Source: Callorhinchus milii
Lineage: Eukaryota
Direction of reading: 5' to 3'
Length of the DNA: 64,000 bases
Assembly: GCF_018977255.1 (NCBI RefSeq)
Contig: NW_024704743.1
Location: 106,642,001 to 106,706,000, forward strand
The notes under the pieces are model-generated. The model worked only from the letters and a program-made list of their open reading frames with translations, had not been told where the DNA came from and did not search any database. Shown here one piece after another: positions 38,640-52,423 of the stretch; the stretch's first letter is position 1, and each line of letters begins with the position of its first letter. The position numbers and the translations under genes were made by a program.

Positions 38640-39004
38640 AATGAATTTTGTGCTTAGCTCCATTGCAGAATTGAGTGCCCAAATTAACAACTATGATTCT
38701 ATGATTCTGTCAGGTGCAAAATGCAACAACAACAACAAATTACATTTGTATAGCGCCTTTTACGTCGGGAGGATGTCCCAAGGCACTTTCACAACACATC
38801 TTTGGGCTGACTTGTGTGAGAGAATGATAAGAGCAAGAGAAATCACTGATTGCTAAATTATATTTGAAAGCTTTTTGTAAATATTTTTGCAGTTAATCGA
38901 GCATGGCAGAAAATATTATCCACCATAATAAGACAGATGTTTCCTATTTTATGCTTGAATAAACGTTTTACAAATGATTCATGCAACATGATGTTGACAC
39001 CTCC

Positions 39005-39295
39005 TATAGTCTATGCTGAAACTTCAATGCAGTGCTGGAAGTACCTTCCTTAGATGAGATGTTAAATTCAGGTCCTGTCTGCCTCTTCAGGTGGATGTTA
39101 GAGATCCCATGGCACTATTCATAAAGAGAAGTTTCTCCTGTTGTCCTGGCCAACAATCCTCCAAATAAAATTGGTCTTTCACTTTCATGGCTGTTTTTGG
39201 GACATTACTTTCTGTAGGTTGGCTGCCGAGTTTGTTCACTTAGGTCACTTCACTTTACATTATATCCTGTGAAGTACTTTGAGACTTCCTCCTTA
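39005..39295 (+). mobile_element. Old Deu-SINE core and tail
   Basis: GATGAGATGTTAAA..GGTCCTGTCTGCCTCTTCAGGTGGATGTTAGAGATCCCATGGCACTATT..GTCCTGGCCAACAATCC. Confidence 0.8.
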
Positions 39296-39424
39296 TATAA
39301 TAATCTATTTATTCCACTTAGTACTACAGTAATTAATCTTCTCAGGCAATCACTTTATGTCCAGGACTTGTTAAATATCCTGAAGTACTTTCTTTACTCT
39401 TACGACAAGATCAATTTCCACTTA

Positions 39425-40224
39425 TCATAGAATCATACAGCACAAAAAGAGGCCATTCGGCCCATCGAGTTTGTGTCGGCTCTTTGAAAAGAGCAATGTA
39501 ATGTCAATCCCACTCCCCAGCCTTTTCCCCATAACCCTGCAAACCCGTCCTCCTCAAATACCCATCCACCGCGTTTTTAAAAGTTGTTATTGAATCGGCC
39601 TCGACCACCCTTTCAGGCAAAGCGTTCCAGATTCGAACAGCTTACTGCATGAAAACATTTCTTCTCCCCTCTGCTTCTTTTAGAAACTATTTTAAATCTA
39701 TGACCTCGAGTCACCGACATACCCACCAGTGAAAACCGTTTTTCCCTTTCTAACCTATTAAATCCTTTCATGATTTTGAAAACCTCTATTAGGTCTCCTC
39801 GTAACCTTCTCTGCTCCAATGAGAATAATCCCAGCCTCTCTAGCCTTTCCTCATAATCCAGGTCCCTCATTCCTGGTACCATTCTTGTAAATCTCCTCTG
39901 CACCGTTTCCGATGCCTTAACATCCTTCCTGTAGTGTGGTGCCCAGAACTGGGCGCAGTATTCTAACTGAGGCCTAACCAGTGTTTTATATAGGTTAATC
40001 ATAACCTCCTGACTCTTGTACTCTATGCCCCTATTTATAAAGCCTAGTATTCCATATGCCCTTTTTACAGCTTTATCTACCTGTCCTGCCACCTTCAAGG
40101 ATTTATTTACCTGAACCCCCAGGTCTCTCTGCTCCTTTTACCCCCTTTAATATTGTATTATCTAGCTTATATTGCCTCCCCTCATTCTTTCTACCAAAAT
40201 GCATTACCTCACATTTCTCCACAT
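39425..40224 (-). mobile_element. CR1 LINE, 5'-truncated (ORF2 C-terminus and 3'UTR)
   Basis: ORF 39613-40098 KVAGQVDKAVKRAYGILGFINRGIEYKS..LYKTLVRPQLEYCAQFWAPHYRKD..LEQRRLRGDLIEVFKIM; TCATAGAATCATACAG tail. Confidence 0.96.
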
Positions 40225-40978
40225 CTCTAAGCACTTTAAGCACTTTACAAAGATAGAGTAGGTGCCTGAGTTAGGAGGATGGGGTAGAAGAGGTGGCTGA
40301 AGGTGCCAGGACAGCCCTGCACATGCTGAATTGTTAGAGATGTTCTTTAGATGAGACATTAAGTCCCGTTTGCCTGCTTAAGTGAAATTTAAAGATCCAT
40401 GGTATTGTTCACCTAGTTTCCTCAGTGGCCAACAATTCCTCAGATTAAAAAATAAGTCACTTTGCTTCTTGTCCATTTGTGGGACATTGCTGTGCACTAA
40501 TTGACTGCTGTGTTTTCCTACAATTCCACAGTCATGGCACTTATTATAAACATTATAAGGCACTTTTTGACATAAGGTGCTATACTGAATAAAAGGATTC
40601 TTTTATTATTAAAATGTGGATTGCTCTGCCTCAAAAGAGCAAGAGTGCAGGATTAATGGAGTTAGATACGTACAGATTTTGGGGCTAATGGATATCAAAG
40701 GGCAATTTGTGTAATTATTCACAAATTTCATCCGGTGTCCCATACTCTTACTTTCCAAATTTATACCTATCTACATACTCAATTAGGGCAAAATTCTACC
40801 CAAACAGATTCAGAGCCCAGCCAGTACTCTGATAATATACAACAAACACACAGTAATAATAATACAGTAATCCTTGTATTGATATCACACCTCATCATGA
40901 CATCGAGATGCCTCAAAGTGCTTCTTAAGATTTTACCATGAAGTGTAGTGACTATTTGTAGGCAAATACAGCTGGATA

Positions 40979-41157
40979 TAATAATAATAATCCTTGCATT
41001 TGATATAGTGCCTTATCATGTCTTCGAGACATCTCAAAGCCCTTCACAGAATATACTGTAAAGTGAATTGACTGTATATTTTGTGGGCTAAACAAGGCAG
41101 CGAATTGCGCTCAACTGTATCCCACAAACAGTCGTGGATTGAATGACCAAATTATTT
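40979..41157 (-). mobile_element. Young SINE 3' half
   Basis: (TAA)n TCCTTGCATTTGATATAG..CCCACAAACAGTCGTGGATTGAATGACC. Confidence 0.88.
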
Positions 41158-42299
41158 TCTAGTTATTTTGATAGAATTATTTCCCTCTCAGAAAAGTGAT
41201 CCACCAATCGACTAACAACATTTTTCAAAAATTTTAATTAATAATAATTAAAGCCAGTATAATTGGCTGAACCATGTCTAATTTTATAATTAATAATGTT
41301 TTGCTAATTATAAAATATATAATTATTACTATTACTATTACCTCTATTATGCTAATTTTTCCACAGCAATGTCAAAGAAGTTTGAAAAGAAGTTCTGAAA
41401 CAGATAAATATTATAGACAAGGTTTAGCCAATTGTACTGGCTTTTCAAGCAGGACTGAGAATGTAGTCGTGTGTAAGTGAACCTCCTGTGAGGTATTCAG
41501 TAACACAGCTTGTGATGAACGGTGCTGTCATCAGTCTATAAGAGTTGCACTCATTTCAGTCTGAGTCAATTACCTGGAGGCAGAGTCACGAAGGATGCAG
41601 GTGATGAAATGCTTTATCTTTCTTTTTTCTCTCTATTTGTATCCTTCAAGTCAGCAGGTACCCAAATCCAATCACATCACATAGTTGCAGTAAATAACCT
41701 CCATTCACTGTGTCTGCACAATATGAATCTGCCCACTGCTCTGTACATCTAGGTTTTACACATACAACAGCACAGTGCTGTGAATATTACTTCCAGATAA
41801 CTCAATCGTTTCCCCTAACCTGGCAATAGGTTTTCATCTCACCTTCTGCTAGGAACCTGCTTGAAAAGAAAGCACCAGTACTTCCTTCTTGTTCCTTTCC
41901 TTCAGTGAAAAGAGCAGCTAACAGAACATTTATAAAAACCCTAGTAGCCTCATTGATCCACTTAACAAATCCGTAAAGTTGTAGCTGTGCATTTCAAATT
42001 CACAGTATTTTCCAATGCTCAAAAAGGGTCCACTTTTATTGTCATTGCTGGTTTTATACAGCACATTACACATGGAGTCTAACTAGAGTACTTCCCAATG
42101 ATATTTCCTAATAAGGAATTTGAGGTACACAAATGACAACCAGAAGTAATCCTATTAGAATTCCCTTGGTTGAGAAATACAGTATTATTGAAATCCATAT
42201 TACAAAAGCAGATATCCACCAGCCCACACTAGTACACTGAATGTTGAAGTTTTATTGATGTAAAGAAAAGTATTGTAAACGTGAAAGGTCCAGTATTGT

Positions 42300-42670
42300 A
42301 AGTAATAGCAATCCTTGCATTTGATATAATTGATTACCTCATTGTCGAAGCATCTCACAATGATCTGCAGGATTTTACTATCAAGTGTACAGCCTGTGTA
42401 TTCATAAAAATAATCTTTGCATTTTTTTGCATTTGATGTAGCGTTTTTTGTAGGCTAATCCGGCAACCAATTTGCATACAGCTATATCCCACAAACAGCC
42501 ACAAAGTGAATGATCAATTTTATCTGGGGAATTGTTAGACAGGACACCAGGAGAAACTCCCCTCACTTTTCAAAGAGTGTTGTGGGATCTTTAACATCCA
42601 TTTGAGCAGGTACAGATGGGACCTTACTTTAATGTTTCATCTGAAGGACAGCACCTCTGACAATGCAGCG
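42300..42670 (-). mobile_element. Old Deu-SINE
   Basis: CCAATTTGCATACAGC..CAGGACACCAGGAGAAACTCCC..GGGATCTTTAACATCCA..CAGCACCTCTGACAATGCAGC. Confidence 0.78.
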
Positions 42671-43195
42671 AGGCCTGACAAGGAAATGAATTCAAAGGGA
42701 GGATGTTTTCCTTTGCTAGGATTCATAAGCAGTAGTTGGCAAAAGATTATGCTTTAGAAAGTCTTTACTAAATTAGTGGAGAAGCGTTTGATAAAATGTA
42801 TTTGGATTTTGAGATTCAGCTAGATAAGATTAGTATTGAATTACGGGTATGGAATTAATGAGGCGTATGACATTATTATCTGACTGGAATGAATATTGGC
42901 TTGGTAATTGTTAGGAGAAGGTAATAAAACAAAACTCTATGGAGATATATTTCAAGCACTTTTATCTCCTTCAATGCTCCTATTGATTTTTTCTCCTTCC
43001 CTCTCCTAAATGCAGTGACTCACTTGTGTTCCATCAGCATTGGTAGCCTTTCAGTACATTGCCATGTACAGTGGCCTAAAAGGCTAGCAATCCTGAATGT
43101 TTTGTAATGTATTTAAGTCATATCTTTAAAGTTGCTGAGACCTTTGACTGTGTCAGACACCTCCCATATTTTGTGATGGGCCAACAGTTCAACAG

Positions 43196-43640
43196 ATGTT
43201 AGCTTGACTCATTTGGTAGCGCACTAGCCACTTAGTCAGATGGTTGTGGGTTTAAACCTCTAGTGAGGATTTTAGGTTAACGCTCCAATGTAGTGCTGGG
43301 GAGTGTTTAATTATAAAAGGTGCTGTTCTTCAATGAGACTTTAAACTGTGGTCCTGTTTGCCTGTTCGAGTGGATACTATAGATCCTTTGGCACTATTTG
43401 AAAAAGAGAACAGAGTTTCTCCCAGTGTCCTGGGCAGCGATCCCCCGAGGTAAAATTAGTCATTCACTTCATGCCGCATCATGCCACATATAGTACATCA
43501 CTGTATCACTGTGTGCAAATTGCTTCCCATTCACCTACACAATCATTACACTCTACAGTATATACTGTGACTGCTTGGAAACAGTTTTATGACATGCAAG
43601 GATATAATATGACATAAGGTTCTGTATCAAATGCAAGGAT
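43196..43640 (+). mobile_element. Old Deu-SINE, near full length
   Basis: Head TTGACTCATTTGGTAGC..AGTCAGATGGTTGTGGGTT; core; tail ATCAAATGCAAGG. Confidence 0.78.
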
Positions 43641-45299
43641 ATGATGTAATCAAAGAGTGTCATAGGATCTTTAACTAATGAAATTTCTCCATGTAGCCTT
43701 ACTGTTTTTAGTCCGTTTAAGAACTGTGGAAAGCTGGCTTCAATGTAAGGACTGAATTCAACAGTTTGCCTAATGCTGGATGCCCTGAAATGCTAAGTCA
43801 TTAGAATAAATCTAGATCCAGGTAGAATGTTTTTCATTTCATTGTTCCAATGTGATGTGCAATTGGAAATATAAATCAGGGAGCACAAATTCCACCTGAT
43901 TCTAGGAACCTCCTCCCGACGTGAAAGCCACTATACAAATGTAATCTTGTTGTTGTTGTTATTTGATTATTAGTTTCATATATCAGAGAATTCTGAGTTT
44001 GGAAAATTCTTAAATTCTGCCTTTATCTTTGAAGCTGGGTTTTCCGCAGAATGTCTGGAGGCTTGGAGAAAAATGATTCACGAATTGAGATTGAATGGGA
44101 GAATTTGAAATGTAAAGAAAATAGACAAAGTCTAGAGACAGATAGAATTTCTGGCCTCTGGCAGACTTTCACTACCACATCAATCTATTGCTGACGCATT
44201 ATAAGCCCAGTGTTAGCAAATGAGGCAGAAAGGAGTACAGAGTTGGATGAGAGTTTGGAGACACATGAAGAAGAAGACATTGGAATGGATAGCATTACTC
44301 ATACATCTGAATTATTTTAAACCAACGCATATCTGTCCTACATCGTTTTTTCAGTGTAGTCATAAAGCTGTGTAACCATAGCAAAGCAGTTTCCTTTCTC
44401 TCTCATTAAACTATTCTGCTCAAATTTTCTCTCTTTCTCTCCATCTAATTTCTTGTTTCCTTTTCTTCCTACTATTGTTCTGTGGGCTCCAATTATGTAC
44501 AGTATTTGTTCTTTTTACCCAGGAAGCATTCATTTTTTTTAGCTTCACAGAAATATATCAAGTTCATGCATTCTCTGAGGCTAAACCAATGCCCTAACGC
44601 CTCCCTAACTCTCTGAACTGCTCACGCAGCTATGAGGTCGAACCACCATGATTAGTGTCAAAAAGGAGACATGTAAAAACTGACAGGCTAAAAATAATGG
44701 TGCACAAACTGGAGCCAGCTAAGCAATAGGACAGGGGTGATGGAGAGAAACAAAGCAGCTGTGTTTACAGAACTGAAGCTGACAACACATTATTGCAATT
44801 AATGTGAGCAGAAATGAGTGCCAGAAAATGAAGAGTAATTTTCTACATCACATTTCTGGACATTCCAGACAAAATAATTGAATCGTTTTTTATTGATCCA
44901 GTGTTAGTTGAACAAAAGAAACACAACAGGCATGAATTCAGTGAGCGGGCGATTTGGTGCTTCTTTAAATAGAGACAATTAAACATCAAGGGGCCTGAAC
45001 CCTCTCACTTTGCTAATAGGAGCAAAAAAATGTTGCCGTATGTAAACAGGTGGGAAGGAGGAGCTAATGAACAACTCACCCGTGTGAAATTTCTCACTTA
45101 CAAAATCTTGCAACGAACAGTGCTTGTCGGAAGGAAAATGGCTAATTGACCTTGCTAAGGGATGTTTTATAGGCTGCGAAGAAGGCTGGGAAAGTGCCCC
45201 ATAAACCCCTCAATCAGGCATGCAATTAATCGGGGAAGAAAATAAGGGTCGGGGATTGTTGGCAACAAGAAGCTTCTATCTCTTGTAGAATACTGCAGT

Positions 45300-45540
45300 T
45301 CCAAATGGTGCCCTACGTTACTTCAGCAAGTAAAGGAATTGTTCATGTGTGAGCCTTGGCAGTGACTGTCAGCACACCACTCAATCTGACCTCTCCTCAC
45401 CCAGCTGTCACACACACACCCACACACACACAAACTACCAGTCCAGAGAGGCGAGAAGCATGAACCCGACTGACTTTCCTCTCCTTAAACTTGGGGGACC
45501 TAGATCCATTTAACCTTCCCGTGCAGCCCTGGCTAAGAGT
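45300..45540 (-). mobile_element. Ancient AmnSINE2-like fragment containing a (CA)n tract at about 45408-45431
   Basis: TTGTTCATGTGTGAGCCTTGGCAGTGACTGTCAGC..CCTCACCC..CTGACTTTCCTCTCCTTAAAC; same family pattern as 20960-21460. Confidence 0.45.
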
Positions 45541-45739
45541 ATATAAAATATTTAGTTGTGCAGTCAAAGTTAATTCAGGTGATCATTTCAAAGTGGAGGC
45601 ATGAAAGTGTGAGCGGAGGATGAAATTGGAAATCGATGAACAGTAAATTTAGATCAAATATCAGAAATAGCTTCTTTGTTCAAGGAGTTATAAATGTTTG
45701 AAATAATCCTCAAAGCATTGTGATAGAGGCAAACATAAA

Positions 45740-46205
45740 TAGAATCACAGAACTTGACAGCACAGAAGGCCATTCAGTCCATGAGGTCTGTGCTGGCACT
45801 TTGTAAAGCAATTCATTCAGTTCCCTGCTTCCCTCCCACAATCCCCACCCAACCCTCCTGCAAATTGTATCATTTCAAATATCTACCTAGTTCCTCTTAA
45901 AAGTTAATATGTAAAATGTAATATGCTGCTGTTGAAAGTCAATATGAATTCTGCCTTAATCACTGTACCCAAAAGGGCATTCCACGTCCCATCAACTCTC
46001 GGTGTAAAGAAACTCCTTCCAATCTCCCCCTTTGCTCTTTTAGTAACTATCTTAAATCGGTGCCCTCTAGCCATGACTCAGCCACCAGTGGAAATAATTT
46101 CTCCCTATTGACCAGCAAAACTCCTCATAATTTTATAGACCTTGATCCCCTCAACTTTCTCTGTTCCAATGACAATAGGCCCAATTCCTTGAGTCACTGT
46201 TCATA
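45740..46205 (-). mobile_element. Old CR1 3' fragment
   Basis: AGAATCACAGAAC..ACAGCACAGAAGGCCATTCAGTCC..GCATTCCACGTCCCATCAACTCTC..CTCAACTTTCTCTGTTCC. Confidence 0.8.
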
Positions 46206-47077
46206 GGACCTAAGCTGACATCCTTGCAAAACTGGGGTGACCCACTGTTTGTGTCATTCTCCTCCTGAATTACACAAATTGATGTTTGTCATGCCATGTG
46301 AATGTAATTTACATTCCCCCATCGTAACATCTTTCCTGGTTTTGAGTTAAGTATTTCTTGTTTCCCGCATTTAAGGGTTCCTTAAGTGGAAAGATATTTA
46401 GCCCCTGGGACATCTTACAGTCACTGAAGTCATTTGACAATGCTCTCAGCCAGGGGGAAGGTATTTCACATATGCACATTATTAGTCACTAGTCACACTC
46501 CAGCCTGTGGGGATTCAGTTTTTCCCTGTGTGGTCACTGGAGCGTCTCAGTCATGTTCACATCAGGGAGGCACATGGAGGGAGTGTTCATGATATTAACA
46601 TGTTTGTATCTGATTCTAACTCTGTGTGTCTGTGTTTACTCAGGTCAGTAGCTAAGATTGTTGAACTCTGGGTGTCAGCTAAGCTTTGTATTGAAGTTTT
46701 ACAGAAGTCAAACATTCCAGGGATAATTCTCTGATTGTCAATAACTAGCCAAGATCCCAATAATTGGAGCACCATTTATATTTAAACGATTAAAACATTT
46801 ATACGATTTGCTATTTAAACAATATTTAATGACGGTTTATAAGTAACATCTCAGGTTATGAAGAAACATGCATTTTTTATGGGATTTTACACTTACACAT
46901 ATTTTGCAGAGTTCTAGCACATTGTGGCACAGTGAGTGCAGCGATCCCGGTTGTTTTTGCTTCATTCTCTCTCTCTCCTTCACTAAATGTTTCTCAATTG
47001 TTATTTTGTACGCTGCAAAGGAAATCGTGTTATTTCTTACTCTTCCTTTAATTCTGTCTCTCTGCTAAATCTATTAG

Positions 47078-47516
47078 GTGTCAGCCCAGTTCAGTTAGTA
47101 GCACTTTTGCCTCTGAGTTAGTCTTGGGTTCAAGCTCAACATTGGGACTTTCAATACACAAATCTAGGCTGACAATTCAATGCAGTGCTGGGAGTTTGCT
47201 GCATTGTTGGAGGTTCGTCCTTCAGTTGACACATTAAACTATGTTCCTGTCTGCCCATTCAGGTGAATGGTAAAGATACCATAGCATTATTCAAAAAGAG
47301 AAGAGAGTTTTGCCCGGTGTCCTTGCCAACAATCCCCTAAATAAAATTGGTTACTCCCCTCATTGGTTGTTTACTGTGTGCAAATTGGCTGCCAAGTTTG
47401 CCTACAAAATTTGTTTACTGCACTTTATATCATACAAAGTTTATAGTAGATCCCTGTGAAGAGCTTTGAGATGTCCTACCAACTTGAAAGGCCCTATATA
47501 AAATGTAAGGATTATT
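47078..47516 (+). mobile_element. Old Deu-SINE, full length
   Basis: Head TCAGTTAGTAGCACTTTTGCCTCTGAG..GGGTTCAAG; core; TGTGTGCAAATTGGCTGCC; tail GTGAAGAGCTTTGAG..GGATTATT. Confidence 0.82.
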
Positions 47517-48816
47517 CTATACTCGGATTACCTTACACTGTTAGGTTCAAAAATTCTAATCTCTTGATTTATTACACATAGAATCCTTTAACTAGCTAAA
47601 TCTTCAGATTTGCTACGTTACCGATAAATAACAAAACGTCACCATCCACTTATGCTATGTTAATGCTGCTTAAGGGATGTAGAGATGGAAGCTTGGTTTA
47701 TATGTCCACCTCCGAATTACATCAAATGGGGGCCTTATTATATCATATATATAAAAAAAATTCTGTGCATACTCAATCTCTTTCTTAGGGAGACCAGTGA
47801 GGGGAACATTTGAAAAGAGTATCTTCAACTTTATGAATGAGGATTTCGGTGAAAGGAAGACCAAGATAAGGGCATAAGCAGATACATTTCTAGAAGTAGA
47901 AATAGGCTATCTTATGGTTGAATTGGTTATGTACAGGTGAGGGTCACGCAGAACACCAAGATTGTGCGCTGACCAGTTAAATTTCACTGAGAAGTCAAGG
48001 AAGTCGATGGAATTTGTTGGATTGAGAATGGAACAAATCTTTATCATGCATCTATAGGGTTAAGGACTTGATGCCATTAAGGCAGTCAGTCAGAACAGCA
48101 GCAGCCCTGAAATCATAGTGTTATCAAACAAACTGGAGCTAATGTTACATCTGTGAATCTGTGTACGCAGAATCTTTAACTCTGTCATTGTGGTGTCTGA
48201 AAGTATGTTGATAGAGAATTGGCATAGAGTGGCGCAGGATGTATTTGATTTTGGTCCTATCTATTCACCTAAATATAAAATGCAATTGTCTCACCTTTTT
48301 GTCATCTATTTCAGCAAAGCTCTGTGTTTACCTGTGATCTTTGGGGATAGAAAATTGATTCAATCCAAACTTGCAAGAGCTTATGCTTATCTGAATAGAG
48401 CCCCTCCACCAGCAGTATGGGTGAGCTGTGCACAAATTTGGTAAATTGTTTGAAGCCAGATTTCTGCTGTTTCTTTGAAAGAACTTACAGCAAAACAGCT
48501 TCAAAATTTATTTCCTTATTAATTGCATTGATCTTAATGATATTTATGGAGAGATTTGGCTATATTCTGGATGCTCTTAAATCCCCAGGAAATAGAGTAA
48601 ATCTAGACCCTGGTAGGATTTCTCTTCATAAATGTCATTAAGATCAATCCAATTAATAAGGAGATCAATGAAACTCATTAGTTGTTAAACCAATGTCCTG
48701 TCTGCCTTATGATTCTGGTCGATGATAAGAGATGCTGTGATGCCATTTTAAAGAAATTTTCACCCTGTTATCTTCAACAAAATCACCCCCAAAATTTCTG
48801 ATGTATTTCTCATTGT

Positions 48817-49001
48817 TGTTTGTGGGACATTGCTGGTGCAAATGAATTGCTATGTTTTGTCTACATTTCTGCTGTGTGGAATTGGCTGCCACATTTCACC
48901 GACAAAATATACAGTCAATTCACTTTACAGTATATTCTGCGACTTGCTTTGAGACGCCTCAAAAACGTGATAAGGCGCTACATCAAGTGCAAGGATTATT
49001 A
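48817..49001 (+). mobile_element. SINE 3' half
   Basis: TGTTTGTGGGACATTGCT..ATACAGTCAATTCACTTTACAG..GCAAGGATTATT. Confidence 0.8.
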
Positions 49002-49269
49002 TACATAATATTCAATTAACTTCGAATTACTTTCACCTCTAAAGCGCTTTGAGAAGTTACTTCATGTTACTTTAAATATAAGTTGATTCAGTTCTGAATC
49101 AATGGCATATTTGTTTAAAGGATAGTACAGCAAAGGCTTGGAAACAAGACAGTTCTCCTCCATCTGATTCTTAAAATCAACAAAGATGTCTCTTGACTGT
49201 AAAATGGCCTTGGGTTGGTAGCTGGGCCATTACGGAAATTTGCTCCACTATTAGCTGTGATTAGTGACA

Positions 49270-49843
49270 TAGAAGCCAAAACCCGCGTCCACGCCTTCAT
49301 CACTTCCGGCTGGACTATTCCAATGCCCTCCTCGCTGGTCTCCCCAGTTCCATAATACACAAAATTCAACTCATTCAAAACTCCACCACCCAGATACTCA
49401 CCCACACAAAACTCCGTACCCCCATCACACCCGTCCTTGCTAGGCTCAACTGGCTCCCACTTACCGAACGGATCGATTTCAAGATCCTCTCATTGTTTTC
49501 AAATCCCTTCATGCCCTCACACCTCTCTACCTATCTGATTTGCTTATTCCCCACCCGTTGCCTCCACATGGCTGGCTCCAGCCTCCTGATTGTTCCTTGT
49601 TCCCTCTGCTCCACCATCGGTGGCCATATCTTCAGCCACTACACTCCAAAACTCTGGAACTCTCTCCCTCAATCCCTCTGCCTTGCCCCTTCTCTCCCTC
49701 CTAACCTTTAAATTCCCACCCGAAGACCTTCTTTTTTGATCGTGCTTACAGTCACCTCTCCTATCCCTCTCCCCCTGGCTCCTCCGCCACTGTCAAGCGC
49801 TCAAGTATGCCGAAGGGCACCACATAAATGCAAGTTGTTGTTG
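49270..49843 (+). mobile_element. L2 (subfamily B-like) 3' fragment
   Basis: VHAFITSGWTIPM-like segment, GGATCGATTTCAAGATCCTC, STIGGHIFSHYTPKLWNSLP; tail AATGCAAG(TTG)n. Confidence 0.88.
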
Positions 49844-50711
49844 TGTTGGGTATGAATTTGTAGTTGGTGGAATACATTCTAAATCATTATAAAGTCAGGC
49901 CTTTCCTTTTGTAGTAACATACTGTTATATATTGTCAAACAAGAGAAATGTTTGTCAGGATAAACCCCTTTCCAAGTGACTAACAGTATTATTCAAATGT
50001 GGCCAGATGTTTTTCTTTCCTGGATTCAACCAACTTCATGGGTGTCACATTTAGCATAAATTGATTTTCTGCTCTCCTTCATGCTGTTAAGGTGCCACCT
50101 GCTGTCAAACACCATTTAAGAAGTAACTTGATCCATGAAAGATAAGGGAGTAAAGTGGTACAGAGGTAACTAGGGAGGGAATTAGGATAAGTGGAGGTTC
50201 ATGTTGAGTATAAACACCAATATGGACTAGTTGGGTTAGTTGGGCCTGTTTCAGTAATGCATTTTCTATGTAAATATGCAATTCAACTCTTCAATGGCAA
50301 AATTGTTTACTGGACCCAGCACAATTCCAAACATTTCTCTAATATTTCAAATTAAAGTTACACTGTCTGTTGAGCATCAGACTTGGAACCAGAAAGTTCT
50401 GGGATCTATCCTCGTGGGTCCATTCATCATTTAAGTTTCATAAAATGATCCCTATACCTTCAATCGCCCTCAGAAAAAGATGAATAGAAACAGAATCTCT
50501 ATGGGCTGAACTGGCTCCAAGATGACATACTTAAGGCAGTTCAGCAATAATTCCTGGTACTATTGATGCTTGACCAGTCTGGCTGGCTCATCATCGCAAT
50601 TTGAAAGTGTACATACATCCCTAACCCTGAGAGACAAATCCCTACTAGGACTTGGTTTGAAAAATTCTATGTTCTTTATTATTATTTATTATAATTTTTT
50701 TATTATTTCTG

Positions 50712-50910
50712 ATATCCCTCATCCTCGTCGCTCCACCATCGGCAGCTGTGTTTTCAGTCACTAAACCCAGAGACTCTGGAATCCCTGCCCCAATCCATCT
50801 GCCTTGCCCTCTCCTTAACCATCTTCCTCTTCGGCCATTCCTATGGTTACCTCCCATCTCTCCTTGGCTCAGCTTCGCCACTCTCAAGCACTCCAAGACG
50901 GAAGTTGTTT
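50712..50910 (+). mobile_element. L2 3' fragment
   Basis: CCTCGTCGCTCCACCATCGGCAGCTGTG..CTCTGGAATCCC. Confidence 0.7.
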
Positions 50911-52116
50911 CTGTTAAGTGATTCATTAGTATTGTCGGATGTACATGTTGAAATTAATTCAAATGTAATCGGATTGAAAGAAAGTCACAAAAATGCTAAT
51001 TACAGTATTTTTTTTGAGCTATTGTTCTATTAACTGGTCATATTTTATATCTGCAGGAAAAGGGATTCGTAATAACATTGACTTCATTTTAATTAAGCTC
51101 ATTCTGTGTAACTCTTTGAGATGTCTCTTGGAAAGCATTATTTAAATGTAAGTTTTTGACTCTCCACCAGATATACATCTGTTCAGTGAGTTCCAGTCTG
51201 TGTTATTAAACTGCCTGTGTTACTTAAAAATAGAGATAGATCCTATACTAACTCCCAGGTCTGCATTTCAGGTCTTCAGCTCACCAGAGAGATAATAAAT
51301 AAACAATTGCACTTACCATTTAACTGGCAATGGAGTGAAATAGGAAATGTCACTTGAGGGCAGTGAATGAAATGAGTACGTCTAGATTAGATAAATCTAC
51401 TCTCCAATTTTTATTGGCTTTCCCTTAAGGAATTAAACTTAAATTGAACACTTTAAATTTTTTATCTATTAAATACAATTAGCTAACCAGGGCTCTGTCT
51501 GTACCACCAGATACATGGCAAGCACTACAATTGACAATTACTCAGTATGAACAACCATAAGAAGAATCACCTGTGTACAAAGGATAAAACAAAGCTACAT
51601 CCCCACCAGAAGAAATCTTAGAAAGTCATTGTGAACACTGCAATAATAAACTAATAAAAGTTTCTGAAAAAAACATGGGCCCATGAAAATATCTACTAGC
51701 AATGAAACACGGTTGTTTTAGGGCGCATTCAGGGGCAGGGCAGGAGATTGGTAGTGTTGAGATCTAGACTGCAGAGCCTTTTCGTTCACTGCAATCGGAT
51801 CCAAATTCCACTCAGACTGCTTAGAAGAAGGCCAACTCTGTTCTTCCACTGTAAAAGACCGGCCTGAAATTAGCCTGAACCACATCAAAACAGTCCCTAA
51901 TGGCATGGACTGACAGTACAAAGACACCCACGAAAATGCATGAAAATAGTAAACTGGTCTGGTGAGAGAACAGTAAGGGTGGGAAAGGTTGTTTTTGGTA
52001 ATGTGCACCATCAAACCACCTGAGCGTAGTACCCATGGAGGTCAGTCGATAGTAAAAGTGACCACAGGTATGACTTACTGACTTGATCATAATAATTAGG
52101 CCCGAAGCCAGCAGTC

Positions 52117-52245
52117 ACATTTGTCTCTTGAGTTAAACCAATATCACATCAACCAGCAGTCTAGTGCTACAATCTGTTTTCTAGACTGATTGTAGCACTG
52201 GACTGCTGATTGATGTGATACTGGTTTAAGTCAATAGACAAATGT
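52117..52245. repeat. 129-bp palindrome (58-bp arms, 13-nt spacer)
   Basis: 52117-52174 versus the reverse complement of 52188-52245: 53/58 identical, ungapped. Confidence 0.95.
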
Positions 52246-52380
52246 AGGAGTTAAGCTGCATTCTCATGTTCCATCGGCTGGGAAATCTAATGGAAGCTGC
52301 AAACCAGCCTTAGGCTCGAGCAGTGTGACAGAGTCAAGGGATGGGTCACACTTCATCACATCAATTAATAACTGGTACAC

Positions 52381-52423
52381 CTGGCTCATTTGGTATAACT
52401 CTCAGCTCTGGTCAGAAGGCTAG
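52381..52423 (+). mobile_element. Deu-SINE head (left part), split by the LTR element
   Basis: CTGGCTCATTTGGTATAACTCTCAGCTCTGGTCAGAAGG; continues at 57218. Confidence 0.75.

Noticed and set aside
51718..52090. ORFs or an exon upstream of the palindrome
   Set aside because: Peptides are unrecognisable and the frames after the TTGTTTTAG acceptor-like site close without a convincing donor.
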